This document shows, one piece after another, positions 34,231 to 42,115 of a stretch of 64,000 nt of DNA. The notes under the pieces are model-generated. The model searched no databases. It was not told the DNA's origin and was given only the letters and a program-made list of their open reading frames with translations. Made by a program: the position numbers and the translations under genes. Position 1 is the first letter of the stretch. Each line of letters begins with the position of its first letter. Where the stretch lies: positions 1-64,000 of the IMG/VR virus record IMGVR_UViG_3300019487_000020; one strand, 5' to 3'. Source of the stretch: a virus.

Positions 34231-34908
34231 ATGAAAAAAATTAGAATGATCACTGTGGATGCCCAGGACGGGCTCGGAAAAACAACTTTAATTAACAACC
34301 TAAAGAAACTGTTCGCAAATCGCCCTATCCATTCTACCAGGCTTCTTGGTGGATCGGGGGAAGACGACTTCCAGCTTGCTTTGCGCAAAGTATTGCTGCA
34401 TCCTAAGTTTCCTATCAATTCTGTAGAGTTAGAGGAGCAGCTTTTTGCTCTAACGGACGTAGAGGGTATCAGAGAAGCAGGCAGGTTTTTGGCATCTACG
34501 CCTGGAGGAATAGTATTAAAAGATAGAGCCTTGGCCAGCCATGTCTGCTATGCGCTTGCCAAGTTTATGACCGTGCACCAGATCGAGCGTTGCCATGAGC
34601 AGGTTATCTACGAAGAGAAGAAGCTCAGCAAGGAGTATGGTTCTTTAAATATCATATTGGCCGCCACTGAGACTGATTTTGTTATAGACCGTATACGCAA
34701 GCGTGCGGCCTTGACTGGCGAGCCAATCGTGGAGCGTTTGGAAAATGAGCAAGTTCAGTGGTCAGTTATGAATGCAATGAGATCGTTTCCAGACCACGTG
34801 CTTGCGCAAGGGCTGGAGTACAGACTCTTGGAGGTCGCGCCCCAGGACTCCATACAAGACGTGTTTGCGAAGGCGAAGGCCATCCTAGACAACTACGAAA
34901 TCGGCTAG
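34231..34908 (+). CDS. thymidylate-kinase-family (d)NMP kinase
   Basis: ATG follows AGGAG. The P-loop is DAQDGLGKTT, KDRALASHVCYA matches the Tmk DR(Y/H) motif, and DRIRKRAAL is a LID-like segment. Confidence 0.6.
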   Translation: MKKIRMITVDAQDGLGKTTLINNLKKLFANRPIHSTRLLGGSGEDDFQLALRKVLLHPKFPINSVELEEQLFALTDVEGIREAGRFLASTPGGIVLKDRALASHVCYALAKFMTVHQIERCHEQVIYEEKKLSKEYGSLNIILAATETDFVIDRIRKRAALTGEPIVERLENEQVQWSVMNAMRSFPDHVLAQGLEYRLLEVAPQDSIQDVFAKAKAILDNYEIG

Positions 34909-34920
34909 AAAGGGCACCCA

Positions 34921-35805
34921 ATGAACTTCGACGTCAACAAAGCGATCGAGGAGATCGCCGAGCGCGGATACACGCTCCAGCAGACCGGAATGTCCCCCGA
35001 GGACCTGGTGAGGCTGGAGGCCGAGCTTAAGGCCACTACCGCCTCGCACTACACGGAGGAGAACCTGGCCAAGCACTCGGTCTACCTCTCGGACAAGACG
35101 CCTACCCGCGTGAGCAACGCGATGATGATCGCCCAGGACCACTTGATCGGCTCCTCTCTGCGCTCCGAGGGCTCGCTGCCGGCGGTGCAGATCATTCCCT
35201 CGGGCATAGTGCTGGAGCTTTTGAAGTTCCACGACCGCGTGCTGGGCAGCATGACGGGCGGCCCCGCGGTGGGAGTTCACTCGCGCAGCATGCTCAACTT
35301 CCAGGAGTACTTCGCCGGCTCCAAGCCCGTGGCGCGCCACTACGACGGGGAGTACCTGTGCTACGTGAAGAAGTCTCCGACCGAGTTCCAGCTGCTGGAG
35401 GGCCTGTTGCCCCGCTACGTCATGGTGTTCACCATACGCAACGAGAACGTAGGCGAGGAGAACGAGGGCACGGTCCTGTACGAGGTGGCCACCGGGAAGA
35501 CCGTGAGCCCCCAGAGCCGCCCGGGCATGGTGCTCATGTTCGACAACATACGCTTCAGGCACGAGGTGCCGGAGCTTAAGAAGCCACGGCTGATGTGCGG
35601 CCTGAGGAACTTCGACCACATGCCCATGTACTTCACCTCCGACTCGTGCAGTGCGCCGGGCGAGTTCGAGCTGCCTGACGCCCAGAGCCCCGGATACGCG
35701 TCCCCCATGAACAGCATCGAGGCCGAGGCGCTCATGCTGATGTACAACGAGAACGACTGGCCGGAGCAGTGGTCGAAGATGAAGTCTGAAGGGGCTGTCT
35801 TTTGA
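34921..35805 (+). CDS. 2OG-Fe(II) oxygenase-like protein
   Basis: An HxD (ARHYDGE), a distal His (RFRHEV) and an Arg about 10 residues later fit the facial-triad and 2OG-binding layout. Confidence 0.45.
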   Translation: MNFDVNKAIEEIAERGYTLQQTGMSPEDLVRLEAELKATTASHYTEENLAKHSVYLSDKTPTRVSNAMMIAQDHLIGSSLRSEGSLPAVQIIPSGIVLELLKFHDRVLGSMTGGPAVGVHSRSMLNFQEYFAGSKPVARHYDGEYLCYVKKSPTEFQLLEGLLPRYVMVFTIRNENVGEENEGTVLYEVATGKTVSPQSRPGMVLMFDNIRFRHEVPELKKPRLMCGLRNFDHMPMYFTSDSCSAPGEFELPDAQSPGYASPMNSIEAEALMLMYNENDWPEQWSKMKSEGAVF

Positions 35806-36404
35806 AGGCGCTGCACGCCGCGGACCCAGCGCAGGCGTACAAGATGATCGAGCACGAGCTGCTCATGCGCGAGGACCAAGAGCCGCTGCGCAACGTCTTG
35901 ATTACGATCTACGACATGCAGCGGGACAAGCTGGTGGTCGAGAACGAGATGTTCAGCCGCAACGTGCTGGAGTCCTACACCGACATGAACCTGGGCAAGA
36001 CCATGTTCTACAGGGACGGCACGCACTCCCTCGACAGGGGCGGGGACCTGGGCTACTACGCCGACGGCATGAAGGAAAAGATCGAGACCCTGCTCAAGAG
36101 CCTCAGGGACCGGCCCTTCAGCAAGCGGTCGCTGCTGACCATACCGCCCTTCCACAAGGGGAGCGTGAACCAGCGGCCGGAACGCGACGACGACGCCAAG
36201 TGCCTGCGCGAGCTTCACTTCTACGTCAACGGCGACAGAGAGCTGATGTGCACGGGCATAATGCGCGCCCAGGTTTCTATGTTGTTTCCAAAGAACGTGC
36301 ACATGATCGGCACCCTGCTGAACGACCTGGCCGAGAGCCTTGGCTACAAGGTCGGCGCCTACACGCACTTCATCACCACGCTGACGGACAGCCGCTCCGC
36401 TTAA
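35802..36404 (+). CDS. thymidylate-synthase-fold protein (ThyA / dNMP hydroxymethylase-like), short form
   Basis: LRDRPFSKRSLL, AKCLRELHFYVNGDRELMC, MRAQV and FPKNVH align by eye to the ThyA segments DPDSRRIIV, PCHAFFQFYV, QRSCD and PFNIA. Confidence 0.5.
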   Translation: MKALHAADPAQAYKMIEHELLMREDQEPLRNVLITIYDMQRDKLVVENEMFSRNVLESYTDMNLGKTMFYRDGTHSLDRGGDLGYYADGMKEKIETLLKSLRDRPFSKRSLLTIPPFHKGSVNQRPERDDDAKCLRELHFYVNGDRELMCTGIMRAQVSMLFPKNVHMIGTLLNDLAESLGYKVGAYTHFITTLTDSRSA

Positions 36405-36411
36405 ACTAAAA

Positions 36412-36448
36412 GGGCCCGCGACTTTCGCCGCAGGCCCTTAGGTTTCTT
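36412..36448. terminator. bidirectional hairpin terminator between convergent genes
   Basis: AAAA-GGGCCCGCG-actttcgc-CGCAGGCCC-TTAGGTTTCTT, with one mismatch in a 9-bp stem. Confidence 0.55.
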
Positions 36449-36465
36449 ATAACCGCCTTGGGTTC

Positions 36466-37311
36466 CTAGATCGACTGGATCTCGTCGACCATGTCGTTGA
36501 ACGCGTCCCGGAAGTCCTCTGCGGCGGCTTTGTCCGTCAGCGCGTGCCGCAGGCTGTTGAACGCAGCGTCGCTCATGTGGTCGCTCCCCATGGCGGCCTG
36601 GGTGGCTGCAATGTTGGCGTCGGAGTCGTCCGTGCCGTCGGCGAACGTGGCGACTTCCCCATCTCCCTCGCCGCCGTCGGCCAGTGCGGTTGCGTCGCCG
36701 CCCTCGGCGGTCTGGTCGTCCAGCAGGCTGCCTGCGTCCGTCAGGTTGATGTTCTTAGCGGCCACATCGCCGGTGTTGATAAGCTCGACCAGCTCCTCGG
36801 TCGTTAAGTCAACCGGCACCAGGCCGTTGTTCGTGCCGTCATTGGGGGTCACCGTGATGGTGATGTCGTCGGCGGTGCCCGTGACGTCGACCACGATCTC
36901 GTCGTCGGTGTTGGCGTCGGCCGCCAGCACCTGGAGGGTCAGCGTATCTCCGTTCCTGGCCGACCCGGTCGCTGCGCTGGTCAGGGTAATCGGCGCGCTG
37001 GTGGCCAGGGTGGCGGTGGCCGCCTCAGCGGGGACCTCGTCGCCGTCGGCCTGGGCCTTGAGAACGTCGATCATGCCGTTCAGCTTGCCGGCAAGCTCTC
37101 GCCCGGCCGCGCCGCGGCCGTCTCCGGCGAGGGCCGTGACCATGCGCTCCAGCAGCGAAGCGTTCTTGGCCTCGCTCAGCAGGTCCAGCGCCTCCTGGGC
37201 CTCGGACGCGTCGGCCGGAGCCCCTGTGCCCAGACGCGCCGATATCTCCTGCGCCAGCGCCTTGTCGGTCACTGCGTGCTCGAGTCTGAATAGTGTGTTG
37301 TCGCTAATCAT
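36466..37311 (-). CDS. acidic Thr/Asp/Ala-rich protein (possible decoration or fibre protein)
   Basis: Complete ORF. The N- and C-terminal ends carry a similar H-A-(V/L)-TDKA-(L/A)-A motif. Confidence 0.6.
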   Translation of the reverse strand: MISDNTLFRLEHAVTDKALAQEISARLGTGAPADASEAQEALDLLSEAKNASLLERMVTALAGDGRGAAGRELAGKLNGMIDVLKAQADGDEVPAEAATATLATSAPITLTSAATGSARNGDTLTLQVLAADANTDDEIVVDVTGTADDITITVTPNDGTNNGLVPVDLTTEELVELINTGDVAAKNINLTDAGSLLDDQTAEGGDATALADGGEGDGEVATFADGTDDSDANIAATQAAMGSDHMSDAAFNSLRHALTDKAAAEDFRDAFNDMVDEIQSI

Positions 37312-37381
37312 GGTATAGTACCTCGGATTTTCAATGTGCAGTGCCGCCTACGTCGCGGCACGAAAGTCAACTACGCTAAGA

Positions 37382-38137
37382 TTAGGGGAACCTGGGCTTG
37401 GGGAACCCCTGGCGGCACCCCTTGACCCTGGCCACCGTTCGGGTGGAGGGGTCGTACTCGACGGTTATGGCGCCTCCCTGCGGGGAGTATGTCTCGTCCA
37501 GTATGGCCGTGTTGAGCACCAGGGTCCTGTGGCCTCCCCCGGCCGGCTCGTGCCAGTCCCACCCCCTGCCCTCGTGGATGTGCCCGCATCCGTATATGGC
37601 GGCGCCTATCTCCGGCAGCTGGCGGTTAAGGTCGTAGCAGCCGGTCTGCTCCTCGAACACGGTGTTGGCCCGCACCAGGTCCCCCATGCCCTTGGGCGGC
37701 CCATGGCCCAGCAGCACGTCCAATGCCTTGCGCGGCACATCGTCCCAGGTAAGGTTGCCCTCGGCGCGGTCGCGCATGAAGGCCCATTCGCCGAAGGTAG
37801 GGGTCCACGGGGTGCCGTACACCCTCAGCTTTTGCCCCCTGACGTCCAGGGTGACCTCCGAGTCCCTTAGGTAGTGTATGCCCTTCTGCCGCAGCAGGTC
37901 CTCTATTTCCCTTCGGGTGCCGTCCAGGTAGAGGCCCCAGTCGTGGTTGCCGGCCACGAACACCTTGTGCAGGTAGTCCTGCGAGGAGAACCACTCTATG
38001 AAGGGCTTGAACTCCTCGACCCGGCCCCGCCCGGTGGCGTCCCCGGTGTGCATGAGCACGTCGCCGCCGCTGAGTCGCATCTTTCCATGCCTGTTGTGCG
38101 AGTCCGACATGAAGTCTAGCAGTATAGAGGGCATCAA
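37382..38137 (-). CDS. calcineurin-like metallophosphoesterase
   Basis: The motifs SDSH, GDATGRG, GNHD, GHGPP and GHIHEG occur in canonical order. Confidence 0.8.
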   Translation of the reverse strand: MMPSILLDFMSDSHNRHGKMRLSGGDVLMHTGDATGRGRVEEFKPFIEWFSSQDYLHKVFVAGNHDWGLYLDGTRREIEDLLRQKGIHYLRDSEVTLDVRGQKLRVYGTPWTPTFGEWAFMRDRAEGNLTWDDVPRKALDVLLGHGPPKGMGDLVRANTVFEEQTGCYDLNRQLPEIGAAIYGCGHIHEGRGWDWHEPAGGGHRTLVLNTAILDETYSPQGGAITVEYDPSTRTVARVKGCRQGFPKPRFP

Positions 38138-38148
38138 TCTTTATTATC

Positions 38149-38502
38149 ATGCTGGCAAGGATACACGCGTGGTGGGACAAACTGAAGGAAGGCTGGAACG
38201 TGAAGGGCATACGCGTTCCGTTCGCCAGGCAGCAGCCCGAGGGCACCCCGTCCTTCACCCTGTTCTGCGTGTACATTGCCTTCCTGATCGCCGCCGGCAG
38301 CGTGATCTGGCTCCACTTCAGGCCCACCGCCTGGGTGCCGACCAGCGCGGCAATCATGTTTTGGTTTCTGACCATGGTCATGTACAAGATCAAGAACATC
38401 AGCAAGTTCAAGGCCGACTTGGACGACAAGTCTATCGAGCTTGATGATGACTCCGCCGACAGGTTGTCTGCGCCAACCGAGAATGGGAATTCCGAAAAGT
38501 AA
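38149..38502 (+). CDS. two-TM membrane protein
   Basis: The TM segments are FTLFCVYIAFLIAAGSVIWL and AAIMFWFLTMVMY, and the tail is acidic. Confidence 0.55.
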   Translation: MLARIHAWWDKLKEGWNVKGIRVPFARQQPEGTPSFTLFCVYIAFLIAAGSVIWLHFRPTAWVPTSAAIMFWFLTMVMYKIKNISKFKADLDDKSIELDDDSADRLSAPTENGNSEK

Positions 38503-38628
38503 GCGCCCTGCCGAGAGCCGCTGAACATTCTCGGCTTCCGTCCGGTAAAACCCCAGACGGCTCGCCCGGGCCAGGCGAGGGTTATCCACAGCGGTGTGGA
38601 TGAGTCTACAGCATCACATATCAGAAAA

Positions 38629-38976
38629 TGGTGGACCCGCACGGAGTTGAACCGTGGTCCGAACAGCCATCGAAAAGAACGTCTACGCGCGTATCCCAAT
38701 TAAAGCCAGGGAAGGCTAGATCATTCGGTTTTGCAGTGACCGACAACACTCTGCCCAGCTGTAACTCTCGCCCGGGCACTTGCGAGTTTTGAAGGGGTTC
38801 TGTTGCCAGGCCCTCCTTCAGCCCCGCTGCTATCCTAGTGGCGTTGCCTCTAGTTTAGGCAGCATCTTGCATTGGAACTTCGTCCGTTGCTTTTGGTCAG
38901 ATTGTATAGGTGGCCTTCTGACCAACCACCGCGCGCAGTCCTCATCTACTTCTGCCCGTCGAAACCTGTCGGGCCC
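38629..38976 (-). ncRNA. ssrA: tmRNA (SsrA), tag ORF at 38855-38890
   Basis: The 5' end GGGCCCGACAGGUUUCGACGGGC and the 3' end UCGGACCACGGUUCAACUCCGUGCGGGUCCACCA closely parallel E. coli SsrA. The acceptor stem has a G3:U70 pair. The internal frame GCA ACG GAC GAA GUU CCA AUG CAA GAU GCU GCC UAA encodes ATDEVPMQDAA. Confidence 0.85.
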
Positions 38977-38982
38977 AAACTT

Positions 38983-38988
38983 AGATTA
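38983..38988 (-). promoter_or_regulatory. TAATCT -10-like hexamer, 6 nt upstream of the tmRNA 5' G
   Basis: The minus strand reads TAATCT-AAGTTT-GGGCCCG. It is a member of the YAATCTWA family found upstream of many minus-strand genes. Confidence 0.45.
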
Positions 38989-39017
38989 TCTTGATCTGGG
39001 CAAGTCTACACATGAAA

Positions 39018-39092
39018 TGGCAGCTTCGCCAGGAGTCGAACCTGGATACCCCGCTTAGGAGGCGGGTGCCTTGTCCATTAGACGACGAAGCC
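39018..39092 (-). tRNA. tRNA-Arg (anticodon CCU), CCA encoded
   Basis: A 75-nt cloverleaf folds by hand. The acceptor stem is GGCUUCG/CGAAGCU, the D stem GUCU/AGGC, the anticodon stem CCCGC/GCGGG with loop CUCCUAA, and the T arm CCAGG-UUCGACU-CCUGG. Confidence 0.9.
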
Positions 39093-39129
39093 ATTAACTA
39101 TTATGGGTGCACTCTTGGACGCACCACAA

Positions 39130-39160
39130 ATGAAAAGGGCCCAGGTTTTACCCTGAGCCC
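39130..39160 (-). terminator. rho-independent terminator after the capsid gene
   Basis: The minus strand reads GGGCUCAGG-guaaaa-CCUGGGCCC followed by UUUUCAUUU. Confidence 0.65.
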
Positions 39161-39193
39161 TCTCATTTTAGCTTGTCACGTCAGTGGGTAAGC

Positions 39194-40582
39194 TTAGCTA
39201 AGCTGCCCGCTGATGTTGTCCAGGAGGACGTTCTTGCGTGGCTGATAAACGGCCAGGCAGCAGAACCGGAAGTGTGCTTCCGGCAAGCTGAGGTCGTTGA
39301 TTGCTAGCTTCAGCTTGCTGTACGGAGCGAGCTGAGGCAGGGCCATCGTCGAGCTGTCGACGAGGAACCCAGTGACCGAGCCAGGTTGGCGGTTGCCCAA
39401 GTCACTGAAGACTGGGTTTCCGGCGCCTTGCGCGATCTTGCCGATGAACTTAGCCGAGGCAGCCGAGCCGTTGGCGCTAGAGCGGTATACGTTGTAGTAC
39501 TTGGCTCCAGAGACAGCGGTGATCGTCGCCGTGACCTTGTTGCCAGCGGCAGCGACGGCCTGCGAAGCCGTTGCCGACTTCTCTGACTCACCGCGCTCGT
39601 TGACTGCCGTCACGTAGTAAATGTACGTGGCAGCTTCAAGGAGGGAGTTCGCAGCGCCTGCGTCAGCCAAGGCTGGAGCAGCAGGAGCGGCCGGAGAACC
39701 AGCGCGGCTGCGGGCCGGGCGGGTCTTGCCGGAAAGGAACCGGCTAGGCTCCATTGCGACGATGCTGGACGAGGTCCACTGCGTACGGAGGTTCGCCCCG
39801 CTTGCTTCTTGGGCCGCGCCCGCCAACACGATACGCTCTTTTGCATGAGCGATCTTGTTGTACGCGCTCAGGGAGATCGGATCGAGGAACAGCTTGTCAG
39901 CCGAGCCATGGTTCATGGCAGAGCGGACAGCCGAGTCTTCGATGATCGACTGAGTGAGGGCTCCGTTAGCCGAGAGGACGACCGTCTGGTCGGAGCCGTA
40001 CTCGGCGAACATGAGGTCCTGGGTGTTGGACTGTGCGTCCGACTGGCGAACTTGCTGGCCTAGGCCAACCATGTTCGGAACCTTTGCCACTGCGAGGGGG
40101 TTCCCGTCGAACACGCCTGCGTTCGAAAAGTCGTCCTGTCCACGGAACGAGTCGAACTCGATGTCGGCGCTGAGCTTGAGCGCAGCGTCCGAGCTGGAGC
40201 GGTCTTCGGCTTTGATGCCGTCGAACGCGCCGATCATGTTGGCGGCCACCGTCACACGGCGAACCGTGCTGTAGTAGGCCATAGGAACCACCGCGCGGAC
40301 GTAGGAAGAAGTGTCTTCCTCGCCAATGCCGCCTTCATACTGGGCAGAGCCCCCGAAGACGCCGTAGTCCAACTGGCGGTTGAACTGGTGGAGCTGCGAT
40401 TTTGCATCCTTTGTGGGGATCATCTTCTGCAGTTTGATGTGTTTATCTTCGAACGTGACGTTTTGCATCACGGGCGAAAGATCTTCTACTTGCAGAGCAG
40501 CGCCCTGTTGTAGAGCACTCGGAGCGGCGTTTTGACTGCCGGCTTCGAGGGCTTTCATAAGTTGCTGGAGTTGTTCGATCAT
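39194..40582 (-). CDS. major capsid protein with an inserted FN3/Ig-like domain
   Basis: 462 aa, directly downstream of the scaffold-like gene and followed by a strong terminator. The N-terminal ALEAGS..AL.QGAAL.VEDL is propeptide-like. The insertion is at aa 288-385 (YIYYVTAVNERGESEKS..YYNVYRS). Confidence 0.7.
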   Translation of the reverse strand: MIEQLQQLMKALEAGSQNAAPSALQQGAALQVEDLSPVMQNVTFEDKHIKLQKMIPTKDAKSQLHQFNRQLDYGVFGGSAQYEGGIGEEDTSSYVRAVVPMAYYSTVRRVTVAANMIGAFDGIKAEDRSSSDAALKLSADIEFDSFRGQDDFSNAGVFDGNPLAVAKVPNMVGLGQQVRQSDAQSNTQDLMFAEYGSDQTVVLSANGALTQSIIEDSAVRSAMNHGSADKLFLDPISLSAYNKIAHAKERIVLAGAAQEASGANLRTQWTSSSIVAMEPSRFLSGKTRPARSRAGSPAAPAAPALADAGAANSLLEAATYIYYVTAVNERGESEKSATASQAVAAAGNKVTATITAVSGAKYYNVYRSSANGSAASAKFIGKIAQGAGNPVFSDLGNRQPGSVTGFLVDSSTMALPQLAPYSKLKLAINDLSLPEAHFRFCCLAVYQPRKNVLLDNISGQLS

Positions 40583-40595
40583 TTTTCCTCTCTCC

Positions 40596-41375
40596 TTAAT
40601 TTCTGCTGCCCGCGTCGAGCAGGTGCTTCACGCTCTCCACGGGCGCGCCCGCGAGACAGAACTGGTTGATTTTTTCCCGATCAGCCTTTGACAGTGATGG
40701 GTCCTGAGCCTTCCTGTTGAGGGCCGCAGTGACTTCCGCCTTGCTGAAGGCAGGCTTCTCTTCGGTCCCGTCCTCGGACTTCTTGATGAAGCCGATCTCC
40801 GTGATGGCCTTAGCCTGAGGCGCTCTTTTTCCGAGCTTGCTCAGCACTTGGGTCACCAGGTCAACCGTCTTCTTTAGGTCGTCGTTGGATTTCTTGAGGT
40901 CCGCGATTTCCGCCGCCTTCTTCTCGATCTCGGCCTTGAGCAAAGGCTCCTCGGAGGCTTTCTCCTCGGCCTTGGCTTCCGGCTTCTTATCTTCGGCAGC
41001 TGCCTCCGACTTGCCCATGCTCATCTCGCCGCACTTGGAAACGTGAGCCTTCTCACATGCTTCCCTGTGCAGGCCAAGCTCGGCCTTGGACATGGAGAGG
41101 TACATTTTGTGCATCTCTTCCTTGTCCTCGTCGTCGTAGTCGCAGTCATCGTCTTTCTTGGCGTCGGCGGCCTTAGGCTCTTCCTTCTTGTCTTCCGCCT
41201 TAGGCTCTTCCTTTTTCTCCTCGGCCGGCTTGTCCTCTGCTTTCGCAATCGGAGCAGGCTCGGACTTAGAGAGGGACGAGGTGTGCTCGTCCTGTGCTTT
41301 GGCGAGCACGGGCGCCAATTCGCGCTCAAGCTCCCCTAGCATCTTCTCAATGTCGTTGTCTGTGTATTTTGACAT
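40596..41375 (-). CDS. scaffolding-like protein (Lys/Glu/Asp-rich, helical)
   Basis: A 259-aa highly charged low-complexity helix immediately upstream of the capsid gene. Confidence 0.55.
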   Translation of the reverse strand: MSKYTDNDIEKMLGELERELAPVLAKAQDEHTSSLSKSEPAPIAKAEDKPAEEKKEEPKAEDKKEEPKAADAKKDDDCDYDDEDKEEMHKMYLSMSKAELGLHREACEKAHVSKCGEMSMGKSEAAAEDKKPEAKAEEKASEEPLLKAEIEKKAAEIADLKKSNDDLKKTVDLVTQVLSKLGKRAPQAKAITEIGFIKKSEDGTEEKPAFSKAEVTAALNRKAQDPSLSKADREKINQFCLAGAPVESVKHLLDAGSRN

Positions 41376-41402
41376 CTGGTCGTCTCCCTCAATCCCTAAG
41401 GA

Positions 41403-41864
41403 TTAGACTCCCTTAGTTGGCCAATACAGGTCGTCGATTTCGTCGTCAGCGGACGCGGCGTCCATGCTGGCAGCCGAAACAGCTGTTCCGTCAGTGATTT
41501 CCTTGATCAAGGCTTTTACGCCCAACTTGAAGGCTTCCCACTCGACCTTCTGGAGGTCTCTGCGGGAAGGCTCGGCTTCTGTGCCGTCTTTTTCGTACGC
41601 GATTTCCATCGCATGCGGGGCGTACGCATCGAGTGCGTTTCCAAAAACATCTTTTGAAACTGCGTCAATCGCCTTGATTCGGATGGCGATCACTGGGCTG
41701 CCGGCAGTTTCAACTCCGCCGTCGCTGAGGAACAACATGGGCCAGCCTGCGCTGTCTTTTGTTCTACGTACGGTGTCGATCGAGGCGCTGCCTGCGAGAC
41801 GAATTCCAAGCTTGTCGGCGAGGTCCCTAATGAGAGCATCTGCCTTGGCTGTACTTTTTGCCAT
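41403..41864 (-). CDS. hypothetical head-module protein
   Basis: Complete ORF with an ATG start. Confidence 0.6.
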   Translation of the reverse strand: MAKSTAKADALIRDLADKLGIRLAGSASIDTVRRTKDSAGWPMLFLSDGGVETAGSPVIAIRIKAIDAVSKDVFGNALDAYAPHAMEIAYEKDGTEAEPSRRDLQKVEWEAFKLGVKALIKEITDGTAVSAASMDAASADDEIDDLYWPTKGV

Positions 41865-42035
41865 TTTCCAAACTCCTTATGCTTGCTATAGCTGTTGGCT
41901 GTTCCACCGTTGTGCTAGGTCCGGCCCTACAGGCCGAAATGGAACACGCTGTTAACCCCATTTATATTAAGGCTCTAGCCCTTTCTTGTTGCATTGCGAC
42001 TATTTACCAAGCTAACTGAATTGTTGACTAAAACA

Positions 42036-42044
42036 TGTTATAAT
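42036..42044 (+). promoter_or_regulatory. extended -10 promoter (TGTTATAAT)
   Basis: TGTTATAAT lies about 70 nt upstream of the TTG/SD of the 42116 gene in a 250-nt divergent gap. Confidence 0.5.
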
Positions 42045-42115
42045 CGGTGATTTTCCAAAACATCAATGCCCTACGTCGATGTAAATCTTCCAGTGCGATC
42101 GGGAGGACCTCCGTT

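Noticed and set aside
38584-38601. Hairpin ATCCACA-gcgg-TGTGGAT just 3' of the tmRNA, considered as its terminator.
   Set aside because: No U-tract follows it on the minus strand. It may be a processing or structural element, but it is not supportable as a terminator.
37626-38699. 357-aa minus-strand ORF, plus 38134-38589 and 38780-39191 ORFs, covering the metallophosphoesterase 5' end and the RNA gene region.
   Set aside because: They overlap a clear metallophosphoesterase gene in another frame and run through the tmRNA and tRNA genes. Their translations are Arg/Gly/Pro-rich nonsense.
42024-42029. TTGACT as a -35 box for the TATAAT at 42039. The same idea applies to TTGCAC at 2262 and TTGGCA at 5837.
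   Set aside because: The spacers are only 9-11 nt, too short for a sigma70 -35/-10 pair. The TG-extended -10 can work without a -35 box. The recurrence of a TTG 9-11 nt upstream is noted, but I cannot assign it a role.
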